From Malacoraja senta (lineage: Eukaryota): a stretch of 64,000 nucleotides of DNA. The notes beneath the pieces are model-generated. The model saw only the letters and a list, made by a program, of their open reading frames with translations, had not been told where the DNA came from and did no database searches. Below, in pieces: positions 1-12,765 of the stretch; position 1 is the first letter of the stretch, and each line of letters starts with the position of its first letter. The stretch spans positions 6,200,001 through 6,264,000 of the forward strand of contig CM075989.1 in assembly GCA_038087875.1 (NCBI GenBank). Direction: 5' to 3'. Position numbers and translations under genes: made by a program.

Positions 1-535
1 TGAAGGGGATTTAGTCAGTCTTCTCCCAGGTCATGATTGCCCAAGTTAAGGACACTCCACAGATGGGGATGAGTGTTTGGGGGACGGATGTTCTGGCTAC
101 ATTGGGGCTGCGGGCATCATCGACGTTGTCTATACGGAACTTGCACGTTCTCCTAGTGAGGGCGTGGGTCTCTGGTGAAGAGTAGAGGGTTCAGTGGAAA
201 TTCTATACTGGAGCTTATTCCTGTTCTGAAAGTTTTAAACCTGAGATTAATTGGCCTTTACTGACCCCAACATCCAAGACAAAGCTCACTCAGGTTATTG
301 GGGTAGATGCTGGTCTAGGATCCAGTAACTTGTAAGAATCAGCTATCGCAGGAAATAAACTGCTTAAGATCAAATGATAGAAGACTCCCTCTATTAATGG
401 CTCAGAATGGCTCTGTGGCCATGCATCAGCTGTGCTGGCAGATACTATTCTAACTGTTGGCTCAATCTCTGAACTCGTCCATCTCCCCGAGTTACAACAC
501 AGCTTGGCTTGAGTTTACTGACCCAGCTGATGGAG

Positions 536-539
536 AAGA

Positions 540-571
<32 letters not shown>

Positions 572-879
572 GAGAGAGGGAGAGAGGGAGAGAGGGAGAG
601 AGAGAGAGGGAGACAGGGAGAGGAGGAGAGAGGGAGAGTGGGAGAGAGGGAGAGAGGGAGAGAGGGAGAGAGGGAGAGAGGGAGAGGGAGACAGTGAGAG
701 GGAGAGAGGGAGAGGGAGAGAGAGAGAGAGGGAGAGAGGGAGAGAGGGAGAGAGGGAGAGAGGGAGAGAGGGAGAGAGAGAGGGAGACAGGGAGGGGAGA
801 GAGGGAGAGGGGGAGAGAGGGAGAGAGTGAGAGAGGGAGAGAGAGGGAGAGAGGGAGAGGAGGGAGAGGAGAGAGGGAG

Positions 880-924
<45 letters not shown>

Positions 925-929
925 GGAGA

Positions 930-1023
<94 letters not shown>

Positions 1024-1034
1024 GAGATAGAGAG
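536..1034. repeat. (GA)n / (GGGAGAGA)n purine microsatellite
   Basis: Directly visible; explains all the ER- and SL-rich ORFs at 445-1137. Confidence 0.97.
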
Positions 1035-1229
1035 GGAACACGCGGTGTCCACGGCGACTCTGGAGGCCTTCCGTGGGCGCTGGTCACTGCGTGGGGTTGA
1101 GAGTATAGTAAATAATGAATGCATTGTTGTACTCTAGTGATTATTTGTTATATTGCAATTTCTGATTATGTTTTGATGTGATGTATCATATGATTGTGTT
1201 GAATAAAGTTTTTGAAAGGTAAAAAAAAA
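1030..1229 (+). mobile_element. Extreme 3' end of a Tx1-clade (L1-Tx1) non-LTR retrotransposon
   Basis: [35 protein letters not shown] followed by a T-rich UTR, AATAAA (1202) and an A-tail; homologous to the C-terminus of the Tx1 fragment at 50200-50310. Confidence 0.75.
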
Positions 1230-1849
1230 CAGAAAGAGAGAGAGAGAGAGAGAGAGAGAACGAACACCGGTTGGTGTTTATAGAGTACTATGTTTACATA
1301 TTTGTTGTGCTGCTGTAAGAAATAATTTTCATTGTTCTGTTTTGGGACATCTATCTAGTAACTATTAAAACTCTGATCTTGAAAAAAAAGAGCGAGAGAG
1401 AGAGAGAGAGAGAGGTGGGAGGAGGAGTAGGAACAAGACAGGTTCTAAGCTGGTTTCTATTCCTGGGCCTAGAAACATTATTGGAAGTATGGTTGAGGAG
1501 AGAGGGGCAGAAAATTGGCAGAATTCTCTCCCCCGGACTCTGCTCACGATGTTTCTGAAACCGTACATTCTACATTTTGTAAATGACACAGCCACCAATG
1601 TCAATATCAATTAGAAGTTTTGTGTGTTCAAGTGTGTGTGTGACTCGGATGCATTTCACAGACAAATAACCTTCTTCTATTTTTACATAGGCTTCAAATA
1701 AAGGAAGACCACTAGAACAAAGATCCCTTAGCACCGCAACACATTCAGAGTTTGAAGAAGGGTCTTGACCCAAAACGTCACCTATTCCTTTTATCCAGTG
1801 ATACAGCCTGACCCGCTGAGTTACTTCTGCATTCTGTGTTTATTTGTTC

Positions 1850-2305
1850 TCAAGTCAAGTCAAGTCAATTTTATTTCTATAGCACATTTAAAAACAACTC
1901 TCGTTGACCAAAGTGCTTTACATCAGTGCAGGTACTAACATGCTACATACAGTGGTACATAGATCTAACAATATATACATCAATACATACATACAGCACT
2001 CCCTCAGAGGCCCTCAAGAAACCCTTGTGAGTAGAAATAAGTTTTAAGTCTAGACTTAAAAGAGTCGATGGAGGGGACAGTTCTGATGAGAAGAGGGATG
2101 CTGTTCCACAGTCTAGGTGCTACAACCACAAAAGCGCGGTCGCCCCTGAGCTTATACCTGGGCCGTGGGATACTCAGTAGCCCCAAGTCGGCCGACCCGA
2201 GGCACCTGGAGGTAGAATGGTGGGTTCGCAGATTTTGGATGTAGGTGGGGGCAAGCCCGTTAAGGGCTTTGTATACATAAAGGAGGAGCTTGAAATTGAT
2301 TCTGT
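1850..2305 (-). mobile_element. L2-clade LINE 3' fragment
   Basis: RINFKLLLYVYKALNGLAPTYI...GDRAFVVVAPRLWNSIP...FKSRLKTYFY; 3' stem-loop tail and (TTGAC)n; same family as 31866 and 62318. Confidence 0.88.
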
Positions 2306-2382
2306 CTTTTCTATGTTCTATGCTGCTGATATGGATCAGAACTCTATTTACGCAGCGTGATTTTGCAAGGCACAACACGGTG

Positions 2383-2550
2383 AAGATAGACGCAACAACG
2401 CTGGAGAAACTCAGCGGGTCAGCCAGCATCTCTGGAGAAAAGGAATAAGGACCTTTCGGGTCGAGACCCTCCTTCAGTACCAATCACCTATTGCTTTTCC
2501 CCATAGATGCTGCCTGACCCGGTGAGTTTCTCCAGCATTTTTGTGTCTCT
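2383..2550. mobile_element. Penelope-derived fold-back module
   Basis: Inverted halves ctggagaaactcagcggg.../...gagtttctccagc around a partial hammerhead stem. Confidence 0.7.
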
Positions 2551-3319
2551 CTTCACCCAAACCATACCTGGGCTCAGGCAATGATATTTCCAAATGTAAT
2601 ATTAATACATGGGAAGTGTATAAGATGGGTGGAAGATTTGACGGGGAGATAAAAACGAATGATTTCCTCAAACGTGGGAGCACAGGACCAGAATTGGGCG
2701 AAGGCGTGTTACACAGACTTGCGAGACCAATACACCATGGCCAGTGGTGGCGGACGAAGCTGACCAGATGGTCACAGCTAACACGGTTCCATTGCAGCAA
2801 AGGTACTGTAGCTGGAGCACTGCCAGTGATTCATACCTGGAGATGATTCACTGCCTTCAGGGAATCAAGGCGTACAATGGGCGCAGATGATGTGATGTGA
2901 GCCTGTGACTGTGACCTAATGTGAGGCCATCAGCTGTTCCTGGCTGGTGGGTGGAACGCCGTCAAAGCCGAAAAACAGCCAAAGCCTGCCCCCGTATTTG
3001 CGGTGAATTTGTACAGAACTGTGACTTGAGACTGGAGGTCCTTATCACTCTCCCACTTACAGATATATAGTTACAGTAAACCTCCATGCTTGTAACTGAT
3101 ACTGTGTTTACTGCAGGTTCCAGGGTGCTTGTGTTCAAACTATTTCTGTTCTTGGATGGAGTCCAAGCTCCACACTAACTGACTGCTGTACTCTGGACTG
3201 AGTCACTCTCAAAGCCGCTGAGATAGCTTGTCAGGCACCTGGTTTCCCCAGTTTTCTGTGAACCCAAGAATTATATATATCTTTTCCTTTGTAACATGTA
3301 CATTGTCAGAATGATGCCA

Positions 3320-4180
3320 AAAGCAAATTGGAGAAACAGCACGTCATATTTCGCTTGGCCAGCTTACAACTCAGCAGTATGATTGATTTCTCCAACTTCA
3401 AGTAACCCTTGCATTCCCCCTCTCTCTCCATCCCTCCCCCAAACAAATCATACCAGCTACAGTCGTCTTGTTAGATACATAGATACATAGAAAATAGGTG
3501 CAGGAGTAGGCCATTCGGCCCTTCGAGCCTGCACCGCCATTCAATATGATCATGGCTGATCATCCAACTCAGTATCCCGTACCTGCCTTCTCTCCATACC
3601 CCCTGATCCCTTTAGCCACAAGGGCCACATCTAACTCCCTCTTAAATATAGCCAATGAACTGGCCTCAACTACCCTCTGTGGCAGAGAGTTCCAGAGATT
3701 CACCACTCTGTGTGAAAACGTTTTTCCTCATCTCAGTCTTAAAGGATTTCCCCCTTATCCTTAAGCTGTGACCCCTTGTCCTGGACTTCCCCAACATCGG
3801 GAACAATCTTCCTGCATCTAGCCTGTCCAACCCCATAAGAATTTTGTACGTTTCTATAAGATCCCCTCTCAATCTCCTAAATTCTAGCGAGTATAAGCCA
3901 AGTCTATCCAGTCTTTCTTCATATGAAAGTCCTGACATCCCAGGAATCAGTCTGGTGAACCTTCTCTGCACTCCCTCTATGGCTATGAGTCTTGTTGAGT
4001 CTCATTGTCTGCAACTCATTTTCACCTAGCCCACAGCTAACAATGGCCTGTTTCCTTTATCATCCCTTTCCCCTTGCTCCCAATCTGAAGAAGGGTCTCG
4101 ATCCAAAACGTCAACTACCCCTTTTCTCCCGAGATGCTGCTTGACCCGCTGAGTTACTCCAGCTTTATGCGTCGATCTTT
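3320..4180 (+). mobile_element. Penelope-like element 3' fragment (GIY-YIG end + hammerhead module), split by a CR1
   Basis: KLEKQHVIFRLASL-like coding at 3325-3370; the UTR resumes at 3997; hammerhead core at about 4085-4112. Confidence 0.75.
3473..3988 (-). mobile_element. CR1 LINE 3' fragment with 8-bp TSD
   Basis: QRRFTRLIPGMSGLSYEERLDRLGLYSLEFRRLRGDLIETYKI...RTRGHSLRI; (CTATGTAT)n tail; GTCTTGTT at 3465-3472 and 3989-3996. Confidence 0.93.
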
Positions 4181-4435
4181 ATGTACATTAATCAACACAC
4201 ATTCGCCTCTTGCCTGTGTCTTATTCCTCACCCGGTCACCATACACTGTGAGCAGGTGACTCAATATGTACCTTGGGGATATGTGTGGACTGTCCCCCAC
4301 GTTCAGCGATCGCGAAGGAGAGACTGATTACATTTAGTTTAGTTTAGGTAGACAAAAATGCTGGGAGAAACACAGCGGGTGAGGCAGCATCTATGGAGCG
4401 AAGGAAACAGGCAACGTTTCGGGTCGAGACCCTTT

Positions 4436-5105
4436 GGTTTAGTTTAGAGATACAGTGCGGAAAAAAGGCCCTTCGGCCCACCAAGTCCGCGCCGACCAGC
4501 AATCGCTGCACATTAACACTTTCCTACACACACTAGGGACAATTTACAATTTACCAAGCCGATTAACCGAGCCGGTCTGAAGAAGGGTCTCGACCGGAAA
4601 ACGTCGCCCATTATTTTTCTCCAGAGATGCTGCCTCACCCGCTGAGTTACTCCAGCATTTTAAGTAAGTAAGTAAGTAAGTAAGTAAGTTTATTGGCCAA
4701 GTATTCACATACAAGGAATTTGCCTTGGTGCTCCGCCCACAAGTAACAACATGACATACAGTGACAGTTACGAATGACTCAGAAAACACTAAACATTAAT
4801 AATAATAAAACATTAATGATAAAACACCATTGATCAAGCATGTGAACCAACAAAATACCAGATCAAAGGGAGGCTACAGATTTTTGGCTGTTGAGTAGAG
4901 CAACTACTCGTGGATAAAAACAGTTTTTATGTCTGGCTGTGGCAGCTTTGACAGTCCGGAGTCGCCTTCCAGATGGAAGTGATTCAAAGAGTCACTTTTG
5001 TGTCTACCTTCGATTTAAACCAGCATCTGCAGTTCTTTCTCACACATAACCTACCAACCTGACTCTGTAAGGCAGCAACTCTACCACTGCGCCACCATGC
5101 CGCCG
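4436..5105 (-). mobile_element. HE1-like SINE interrupted by a hammerhead module, itself interrupted by a Rex1 tail
   Basis: SINE tail 4436-4568 and head 5047-5105; Penelope module 4575-4660 plus 4995-5045. Confidence 0.75.
4661..4992 (-). mobile_element. Rex1/Babar-type LINE 3' fragment
   Basis: (CTTA)n tail, AATAAA, stem-loop ggcaaattccttgtatgtgaatacttggcc; LPSGRRLRTVKAATARHKN-like terminal coding. Confidence 0.7.
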
Positions 5106-5737
5106 CAAGGTGGTAAAGGAATATTTGATTGTATCGTTCACTAAGGAATTGTATAAATACTGGGATAAAGTGGGTTGATGGGAGCCAATGTCCACACAAC
5201 ATTCCCACACTGAAGCCATTGGGAAACTTTATGTTCTGGTACAGAGAAGACCTGCAGTAGAGCAGGTGAGAGAGTAGAGGAATGGAACACATTGGAGTGT
5301 CCTTGCATAGCATGGTTCGATGGGCCAAATGGCCTCCTTCTGATATGTAACCTTTCTGTGAATTTTGTAATACAATATAAGATATTTATGACGAACACTA
5401 TACAAGTCCACTTTGCCGAGCACTGTCGATATATAATCAATATCCACTCTATTAATAGTTTGTCAAGTGTCTTGACAGCGCAGGTCAGATAAAGTGGCCG
5501 AGGAATGAATCTGTCTTGTTTTCAGATCTCTGCCTGATCGTGGCACTTGGCAATGTTCTGTGCTTATCTTCAGCCGTTTTGGCTCTTGGATCAGAATGAA
5601 CATGAGAGGAATATTTTGGTCCGCATTAAGCTGTTAATAATTAGATTAAGAAATAGCAACAGCAGTATCAGCATAAACAGTCGTCAGAACAGCGGCTGAC
5701 AATCTGCCACTTGCTCACTTTCCTGATTGTACAAGGT

Positions 5738-6280
5738 AAATGCTGGAGAAACTCAGCGGTGAGGCAGCATCTATGGAGCGAAGGAAATAGGCGACGTTTC
5801 GGGTCGAGACCCTTCTTCACTCTGATGTGGGGGGGGGGGCGGGAAGAAGAAAGGAAGAGGCGGAGACAGTGGGCTGTGGGAGAGCTGGGAAGGAGGGGGG
5901 TAATCAGGGACTACCTGAAATTGGAGAAGTCAATGTTCATACCGCTGGGGTGCAAACTGCCCAAGCGAAATATGAGGTGCTGCTCCTCCAATTTACAGTG
6001 GGCCTCACTCTGGCCATGGAGGAGGCCCAGGACAGAAAGGTCGGATTTGGAATGGGAGGGGGAGTTGAAGTGCTGAGCCACCGGGAGATCAGGTTGGTTA
6101 TTGCGAACCGAGCGGAGGTGTTGGGTGAAGCGATCGCCAAGCCTACGCTTGGTCTCACCAATGTGGAGCAGCTGACATCTAGAGCAGCGGATGCAATAGA
6201 TGAGGTTGGAGAAGGTGCAGGTGAACCTCTGCCGCACCTGGAAAGACTGCTTGGGCCCTTGGATGGAGTCAAGGGGGGAG
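5738..6280 (-). mobile_element. Penelope-like element 3' part: GIY-YIG endonuclease (5911-6280), 3' UTR and hammerhead module
   Basis: FTCTFSNLIYCIRCSRCQLLHIGETKRRLGDRFTQH...VAQHFN...HLIFRLGSLHPSGMN is the Penelope GIY-YIG domain with a CxxC insert. Confidence 0.92.
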
Positions 6281-6300
6281 TTCCTGAGTGTACATATCAC

Positions 6301-6615
6301 GTTAGTTTAGTTTAGTTTAGTTTAGTGATACGGCACGGAAACAGGCCCTTCGGCCCACCGAGACCACACCGACCAGCGACCCCCACACGCTAACATTATC
6401 CTTCACACATTAGGGACGATTTACAATTTTACCAAGCCAATTAACTTACAGACCTGTACGTCTTTGGAGTGTGGGAGGAAACTGGAGCTGTCAGACGCAG
6501 GTGACGGGGAGACCGTACAAACTATGTACAGACAGCACCCGAGGTCAGGATCGAACCCAGGTCTCTGGCGCTGTAAGGCAGCAAACTCTACCGCTGCACA
6601 GCCACCGTGCCACCC
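6301..6615 (-). mobile_element. HE1-like V-SINE
   Basis: tRNA-like A/B boxes, core ttcctcccacactccaaagacgtac, gggccgaagggcctgtttcc tail, (TAAAC)n. Confidence 0.9.
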
Positions 6616-6619
6616 AAGC

Positions 6620-6935
6620 TAAAGTGAAAAGCTTTGTTTGTGTGGTATACGGTCGTCAGACTAGACATGTACAACAAAGTGCAAAGAGAAAAATACAAGA
6701 ATATAGCGTTACAGGGTAATATTGATACTCTGATAGAGAAGCATTACAGTTACAGAGAAAATACAAATTTAAAAAAGTGCCAGGGCCGTAGTGGGGTAGG
6801 TTGGAAGATCCAGACAGCACCTGATCTTATGTCAGGATTGTTCAATAGGCTGATAATGGAGGGGAAGAAGCTGTTCCTGTATCTGGTGTACATGCTTTCA
6901 GGTTTCTGTATCTGCTGCCCGACAGAAGGGGGAGA
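6620..6935 (-). mobile_element. Degenerate Rex1/Babar-type 3' fragment
   Basis: Similar to 16300-16700 (gaagaagctgttcctgtatctggtg, gtgaaaagctt tail). Confidence 0.5.
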
Positions 6936-7044
6936 AGCTTGGGAGAATGTCCATATAGATCTATTGATAAACGGAGCAACTGATCATCCACAGTCCTCTG
7001 AGGCTGAGAGTTACAATCCTTTGCTTAAAGAAATTTCTACACAT

Positions 7045-7345
7045 CCAGGTGGCGTAGTGGCAGAGCTACTGCCTCACAGCGCCGGAGACACAGGTTCAAT
7101 CCTAACTACGGGCGCTGTCTGTACGGAGTTTGTACCTTCTCCCCGTGACCTGCGTGGGTTCTCTCTGAGATCCTCGGTTTCCTCCCACACTCCAAAGACG
7201 TACAGGTTTGGAGGTTAATTGGCTTGGTATAAAGGTAAGTTGCCCCTAGAGTGTGTAGGATAGTGTTAGTGTGCGGGGATCGCTGGTCGGTGCAGACTCG
7301 GTGGGCCCGAGAGCCTGTTTCCGTGCTATATCTCTAAACTAAACA
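7045..7345 (+). mobile_element. HE1-like V-SINE
   Basis: ggtggcgtagtgg A box, ggttcaatcc B box, conserved core and tail. Confidence 0.9.
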
Positions 7346-7959
7346 AAATCTCAAACTGTAGAAAAGTTTTGATTTAAAAAATCACAAGCGCAAACTACTG
7401 CCACTGGCGTATGAATAGGGAAGAACAAGAATCTCAAATCTGACCACTCTCAGGTGAGTAAGCACCCGCCAATGTCCATACATGATTCCCACACTGAAAC
7501 ATGGACGACACTGATTAAATTGACTTAAACCGATATTAACTTTGGGATACACACAAACAGCTGGAGTAACTCAGCTGGTCAGGCAGCATCTCTGGAGAAA
7601 AGGAATAGGTGACGTTCCGGGTCGAGACCCTTCTTCAGACCTCTGGGATGCTGTATTTTCCAGGGACGGGGGGAGCATCCCTTTCTCGAGCCGTTCACAG
7701 ATGTGGGAGTCGCAAAACACTCAACACACAAACATCTGAATTGTCCAGAGGGAGAAACACACGCACCAATGATTCCCACTGCCAGACGCATGGGGTGAGA
7801 TTTAAATTCAATGAAAGGTGACGACAGGATTTGGTGGCATGAATTGGAATTCCACTGTGGGAGTGAGAGAACGCAAGTTCAAGTCATTATTTAAATCTGG
7901 AATTTAAAGAAAAGCTATATCTCAGTAGCAGTTTTGCCTAATTTAGTTTAGTTAAGTTT

Positions 7960-8470
7960 AGTTTAGTTTAGTTTAATTTAGTTTACTGTCACGTGTACGG
8001 TGAAAAGCTTTTGTTGAATGCTAACCAGTCAGTCTGAAGAAGGGTCTTGACCCAAAACGTCACCCATTCCTTCTCTCCAGAGATGCTGCCTGCCCCACTG
8101 AGTTACTCCAGCTTTTTGTGTCCATCTTCGGTTTAAACCAGCATCTGCAGTTCCTTCCTACACAAGTGTACAAATACATGACAAAGGGTGTAACGTTTAG
8201 TGCAAGATAAAGTCCAGTAAAGTCCGGTTAAAGATAGACCAACGGTCTCCAATGAGGTAGATGGTAGCTCAGGATCACTGTCTTGTGGTTGGTAGAGTGG
8301 TTCAGTTGCCTCATAACAGCTGGGATGAAACTGTCCCTGTATCTGGAGATGTGCGTTTTCACACTTCTGCTCCTCTTGCCTGATGGGTGATGGGAGAAGG
8401 TGGAGAGAGACTTGTCCTTGATTTGTGTTGGTGGACTTGCCGAGGCAGCATGAAGTGTAAATGGAGTCAC
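7960..8470 (-). mobile_element. Rex1/Babar-type 3' fragment containing a Penelope hammerhead module (8030-8163, +)
   Basis: PSGKRSRSVKTHISRYRDSFIPAVMRQLN; module ctgaagaagggtcttgacccaaaacgtc. Confidence 0.75.
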
Positions 8471-8722
8471 CGTGAAACCACTGGATTGTCATTAAAAACC
8501 CAACTGGTTCACTAATCTCGTTCAGGAGACAAAACCTGCCATCCTGACCAGATCTAGTCCATATCTGGGCCAACGTGGATGGGTCTTATTTCCCTCCGCA
8601 GTTCAGAGGCAACTAGGAATGCCACTATTACCACCAACGTCCATGTCCATGGCTGAATAAAATAAGGTAGGAAGCACGTCACACAACTTGCATCCGCCAA
8701 GATCCCACAAAGAACAATGTTA

Positions 8723-9042
8723 AAGCCCTGTCTCATGGTACGAGTTCATTCCAAGAACTCTCCCGAGTTTTAAAAAAATCAAACTCGTGGTAAGCACGGA
8801 GAATGAACGTAGCGGGTACGTCGGAGCTCGGCGACGTCTCTTAACGCTAACGGCAGGTACTCGGGAAGACTCGCTAACGGCAGGTAAGCACGGGAAGACT
8901 CATGAAGATTTTTCAACATGTTGAAAAATGTCCATGAGAGCCCCGAGTACCGACGAGTAGCCATTACCGTAAATCTCCGAGTTCGAATCAGGGCAAACTC
9001 GGGAGAGCTCTTGGAATGAACTCGTACCGTGGGACAGGGCTT
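8723..9042. mobile_element. PIF/Harbinger-type MITE
   Basis: TIR AAGCCCTGTCTCA...GTGGGACAGGGCTT; flanks TTA/TAA; central ATTTTTCAACATGTTGAAAAAT. Confidence 0.8.
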
Positions 9043-9089
9043 TAACAATGCCAAGATAAGCTATCTAATTAAACAAAGAGTAGTCAATA

Positions 9090-9445
9090 ACAAGACCATA
9101 GGAGCAGAATTAGGCCATTCGGCCCATTGAATCTGCTCCACCATTCAATCATGGCTGATCTACCTTTCCCTCTCAACCCCATTCTCCTTCCTTCTCCCCA
9201 TAACATTTGATACTCTTGTTAATCAAGAACCTATCAATCTCTGCTTTTAAAATATCCAATGTCTTGGCCTCCACAGCCATCTGTGGCAATGAAATGCACA
9301 GATTCACCACCTTCTAGCTAAAGAAATTCCCCCTCATCTCTATTCTAAAACAATGTCCTATTATTCTGAGGCTGTGCCCTCTAATCCTAGTCTCTCCCAT
9401 TACTGGAAACATCCTTTCCACGTCCAATCTATCTAGGCATCTCAT
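9090..9445 (-). mobile_element. Older CR1 3' fragment
   Basis: Homologous to the CR1 3' ends at 15200-15490. Confidence 0.8.
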
Positions 9446-10119
9446 TATAGTTGAGGTTTATTTTGGTCAGGGGGGACCCAAAACCAGATACCATAAATAT
9501 AAGCTGCTCACCAATACATTAAATCAGGAAATCAGGAGACATTTCTTTATCGAGGGAGCTCTGAGAATGCAGAACATGATCCAAGGTCAGGCACGTTGTG
9601 TTCGAAGACACTCCATTTATTTGGTGCATGCATCTCCAACAACTCTCAAGAAGCACAACACCATCCAGGACACAGCTACTCACTTAATGGTCATCCCATC
9701 CAGCACATTCAACATTCATTCCTGACACTATTGGTGTGCAGTGGCCACAGTGTCCACCATCTACAAGATGCACTGTGGTCTCACTCCTGGGCTTCCCCAT
9801 CCCCCAAACCCATGGCCTCCTGCACCAAGGACAGAAGGTGCGATGGAACCCCCCCCCCCCCCCCCCCCAAAATGCTGGAGTAACTCAGCGATACAGGCAG
9901 CATCTCTGGACAGAAGGAATGGGTGACATTTCGGGTCGAGACCCTTCTTCAGACTATCCAGAGATGCTGCCCGTCCGGCTGAGTTACTCCAGCATTTTGT
10001 GTTTATGACTGAATTGGGGTAGAAATTTGATCAAAATATTTTTCAAAATACCACAACAGGATCCTAAACTTATGTGCATTTGCAAGGTTAATCCTCCTTT
10101 CACGAGTGCCTCTCTTCAG

Positions 10120-10475
10120 AAGGTCATGTCATAAGTAAAAGGAGCAGAATTAGACCATTCAACCCATTCAGTCGACTCCGCCATTCTATCTCTCCCTCCT
10201 CAACCCATTCCCCTGCCTCCTCCTCAAAACGCCTGGCACTCATACTAATCAAGAATCTATCTATCTCTGCTTTAAAAATATCCATTGACTTTTCCTCCAC
10301 AGCCTTCTGTGGCAAAGAATCCCACAGATTCACCACCCTGACTAAAGAAATTCCTCCTCATCCTCTTCCTAAAGGAACGTCCTTTAATTCTGAGGCTATG
10401 GCCTCTAGACCTAGACTCTGCCACTAGTGGACACATCCTCTCCACATCCACTCTATCCAGGCCTTTCACTATTTC
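10120..10475 (-). mobile_element. CR1 3' fragment
   Basis: IVKGLDRVDVERMCPLVAESRSRGHSLRIKGRSF; VVNLWDSLPQKAVE. Confidence 0.88.
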
Positions 10476-10664
10476 ACTCATGGCAAAGGTCCAACAGCAG
10501 ACCTCACCTAGGCAGTACACAAAGAGTCGCCAGGTTTCCAGAGGCAACAAAGTTACAAAAAGTTTACCGAACAGTCTTATCCCCTCGCGGCGGCGAACCA
10601 GGCCCGCCGACATACGTCAGGGGTGTGGGAAACGAGAGATACTGTATGACAAAGACTAACTCTC

Positions 10665-11125
10665 AGTGTAGGTAAGAACTGCAGATGCTGGTTTAAATCG
10701 AAGGTAGACTCAAAATGATTGATTAAATCAGCGGGACAGGCAGCATCTCTGGAGAGAAGGAATGGCTGACGTTTCGGGTCAAGACCCTTCTTCAGACTGA
10801 TGTCAGGGGAGTGGGCGGGACAGAGATAGAATGTAGTTGGAGACTGGTAGGAGAACTGGGAAGGGGGAGGGGATGGAGAGAGAGGGAAAGCAAGGGCTAC
10901 TTGAAGTTAGAGGAGTCAATGTTCATACCGCCTGGGGTGTAAGTTGCCCAAGCGAAATATGAGGTGCTGCTCCTCCAATATGTGCTGGGCCTCACTCTGA
11001 CAATGGAGGAGGCCCAGGACAGAAAGGTTAGTGTGGGAAGGGGAGTTAAAATGTTGAGTAACCGGGAGATCAGGTAGGTTTAGGCGGACTGAGCAGAGGT
11101 GACCAGTGAAACGATCGCTGAGCCT
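10665..11125 (-). mobile_element. Penelope-like element 3' fragment
   Basis: GIY-YIG C-terminal coding homologous to 5911-6150, then UTR and an intact hammerhead core. Confidence 0.85.
10764..10797 (-). ncRNA. Minimal hammerhead ribozyme motif downstream of the Penelope EN
   Basis: Minus strand reads CUGAAGA-A-GGGUC(UU)GACCC-GAAA-C-GUC; stem I is weak. Confidence 0.6.
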
Positions 11126-11384
11126 GTTTCAGTTTGAGTTCAGTTTGAAGAAGGGTCTCGACCCAAAACATCGCCTATTCCATTTCTCCAGAGATGCTGC
11201 CTGACCCGCTGAGTTTCTTCAGCTTTTTGTGTCTATCTTTGGTGCATCTGCAGTTCCTTCCTACACATGGAACTGTGTGGACTAAATGGATTGTCAATGC
11301 CAGTGGGGGTTTGACTGGGGCGGTAGAGGGGATATAACCATAACTGAGTTGTAGAGGGGATATATCAGCCAGTTTATTTTTTTT

Positions 11385-11705
11385 TAGTTTAGTTTGGTGT
11401 ACAGATACAGGGCGGAAACAGGCCCTTCGGCCCACCGGGTCCACGCTGACCAGCGATCCCCGCACATTAACACTATCCTGCACCCACTAGGGACAATCTT
11501 TACATTTACCAAGCCAATTAACCTACAAACCTGTACGTCTTTGGAGTGTGGGAGGAAACCGAAGATCTCGGAGAAAACCCACGCAGGTCACGGGGAGAAC
11601 GTTCAAATTCCATACAGACATCACCCGTAGTCGGGATCGAACCCGGGTCTCCGCGCTGCATTCGCTGTGAGGCAGCAACTCTACCGCTGCGCCACCGTGA
11701 CCGCC
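11385..11705 (-). mobile_element. HE1-like V-SINE
   Basis: Full head, core and tail. Confidence 0.9.
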
Positions 11706-12141
11706 ACATGATAGCCAGTCACACCCAGCGGATATCAAGTGACCACTGCTGGGAGATGCTTGTGCGTTCCCCTCAGATGGAGGCCAGATTGAGTTCAGCT
11801 GTAATAATCCCGTGTATGAATAGATCTCCAATACTCACCCTCTAGCATTACACAGAAAGAATTTGGGAGAGGTGTCTCTGCATGTCCAACACCTGTTTAT
11901 GTGTACTCCGTGCAGGAAGAAAGGTCTTTGGAGAAATATTTACCTTTTCCTGACCTTTTTGGAGTTGGGACCTTGAGCATATTCCACCTCCTCACCAGCC
12001 AAAAAAACTCCCACTCTTCTTAATCCTCATGGTTCACTGATCTGACCATGAATACCCCATCACAAGCCCCCATATCCCTTTTAAACTTCACTTTCACCAA
12101 CCAGTTTTAAGAGCAGCTACTTTCACACTACTGAACGACTT

Positions 12142-12765
12142 AGTGGCGCAGCGGTAGAGTTAAGGGCCTGTCCCACTGTACCAGCTAATTCAAGAGTTCT
12201 CCCGAGTTTCCCCTGATTCGAACTCGGAGAATTACGGTAATGGCCGCTTGTAGGTACTCGGGGCTCTCGTGGACATTTTTCAACACGTTGAAAAATCTTC
12301 ACGAGTCTTCACGAGCGTACCGCGTTTCCCAAGCACCTGCCGTTAGCGTTACGAGCCGCTAAGAGACGTCCCGAGCTCCGAAGTACCCGCTACGTACATT
12401 CTACGTCCTTACCACGAGTTTGATTTTTTTTTAAACTCGGGAGAGCTCTTGAATTACCTTGTACAGTGAGACAGCCCCTTACTGCCTTACAGAGCCAGAG
12501 ACCCGGGTTCGATCCTGACTACGGGTGCTGTCTGTACGGAGTTTGTATGTTCTCCCTGTGACCACGTGGGTTTTCCCCGGGTGCTCCGGTTTCCTCCCAC
12601 ACTCCAAAGACGTGCGGGTTTGTAGGTTAACTGGCTTCAGTAAAAATTGTAAATTGTCCCCAGTGTGTAAGATAGTGCTGGTGTATGGGTATCGCTGGTC
12701 GGCGCGGACTAGGTGGGCCGACTGGCCTGTTTCCGTGCTGTATCTCTGAAATAAAATAAACTAAA
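12142..12765 (+). mobile_element. HE1-like V-SINE split by a MITE
   Basis: gtggcgcagcggtagagtta|MITE|ctgccttacagagccagagacccgggttcgatcc. Confidence 0.88.
12163..12479. mobile_element. PIF/Harbinger-type MITE
   Basis: AGGGCCTGTCCCACTGTAC...GTACAGTGAGACAGCCCCT; related to 8723-9042 in the opposite orientation. Confidence 0.85.

Noticed and set aside
445..1137. Long ER-rich and SL-rich ORFs
   Set aside because: Read-through of a GA microsatellite, open in many frames; only the last 35 codons are meaningful (Tx1 relic).
2830..2920. Possible minus-strand exon ending CAG|GTATGA
   Set aside because: Weak acceptor and no recognisable peptide.
7400..7460. Consensus + strand donor CAG|GTGAGT at about 7451
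   Set aside because: No upstream pyrimidine tract or acceptor; likely chance.
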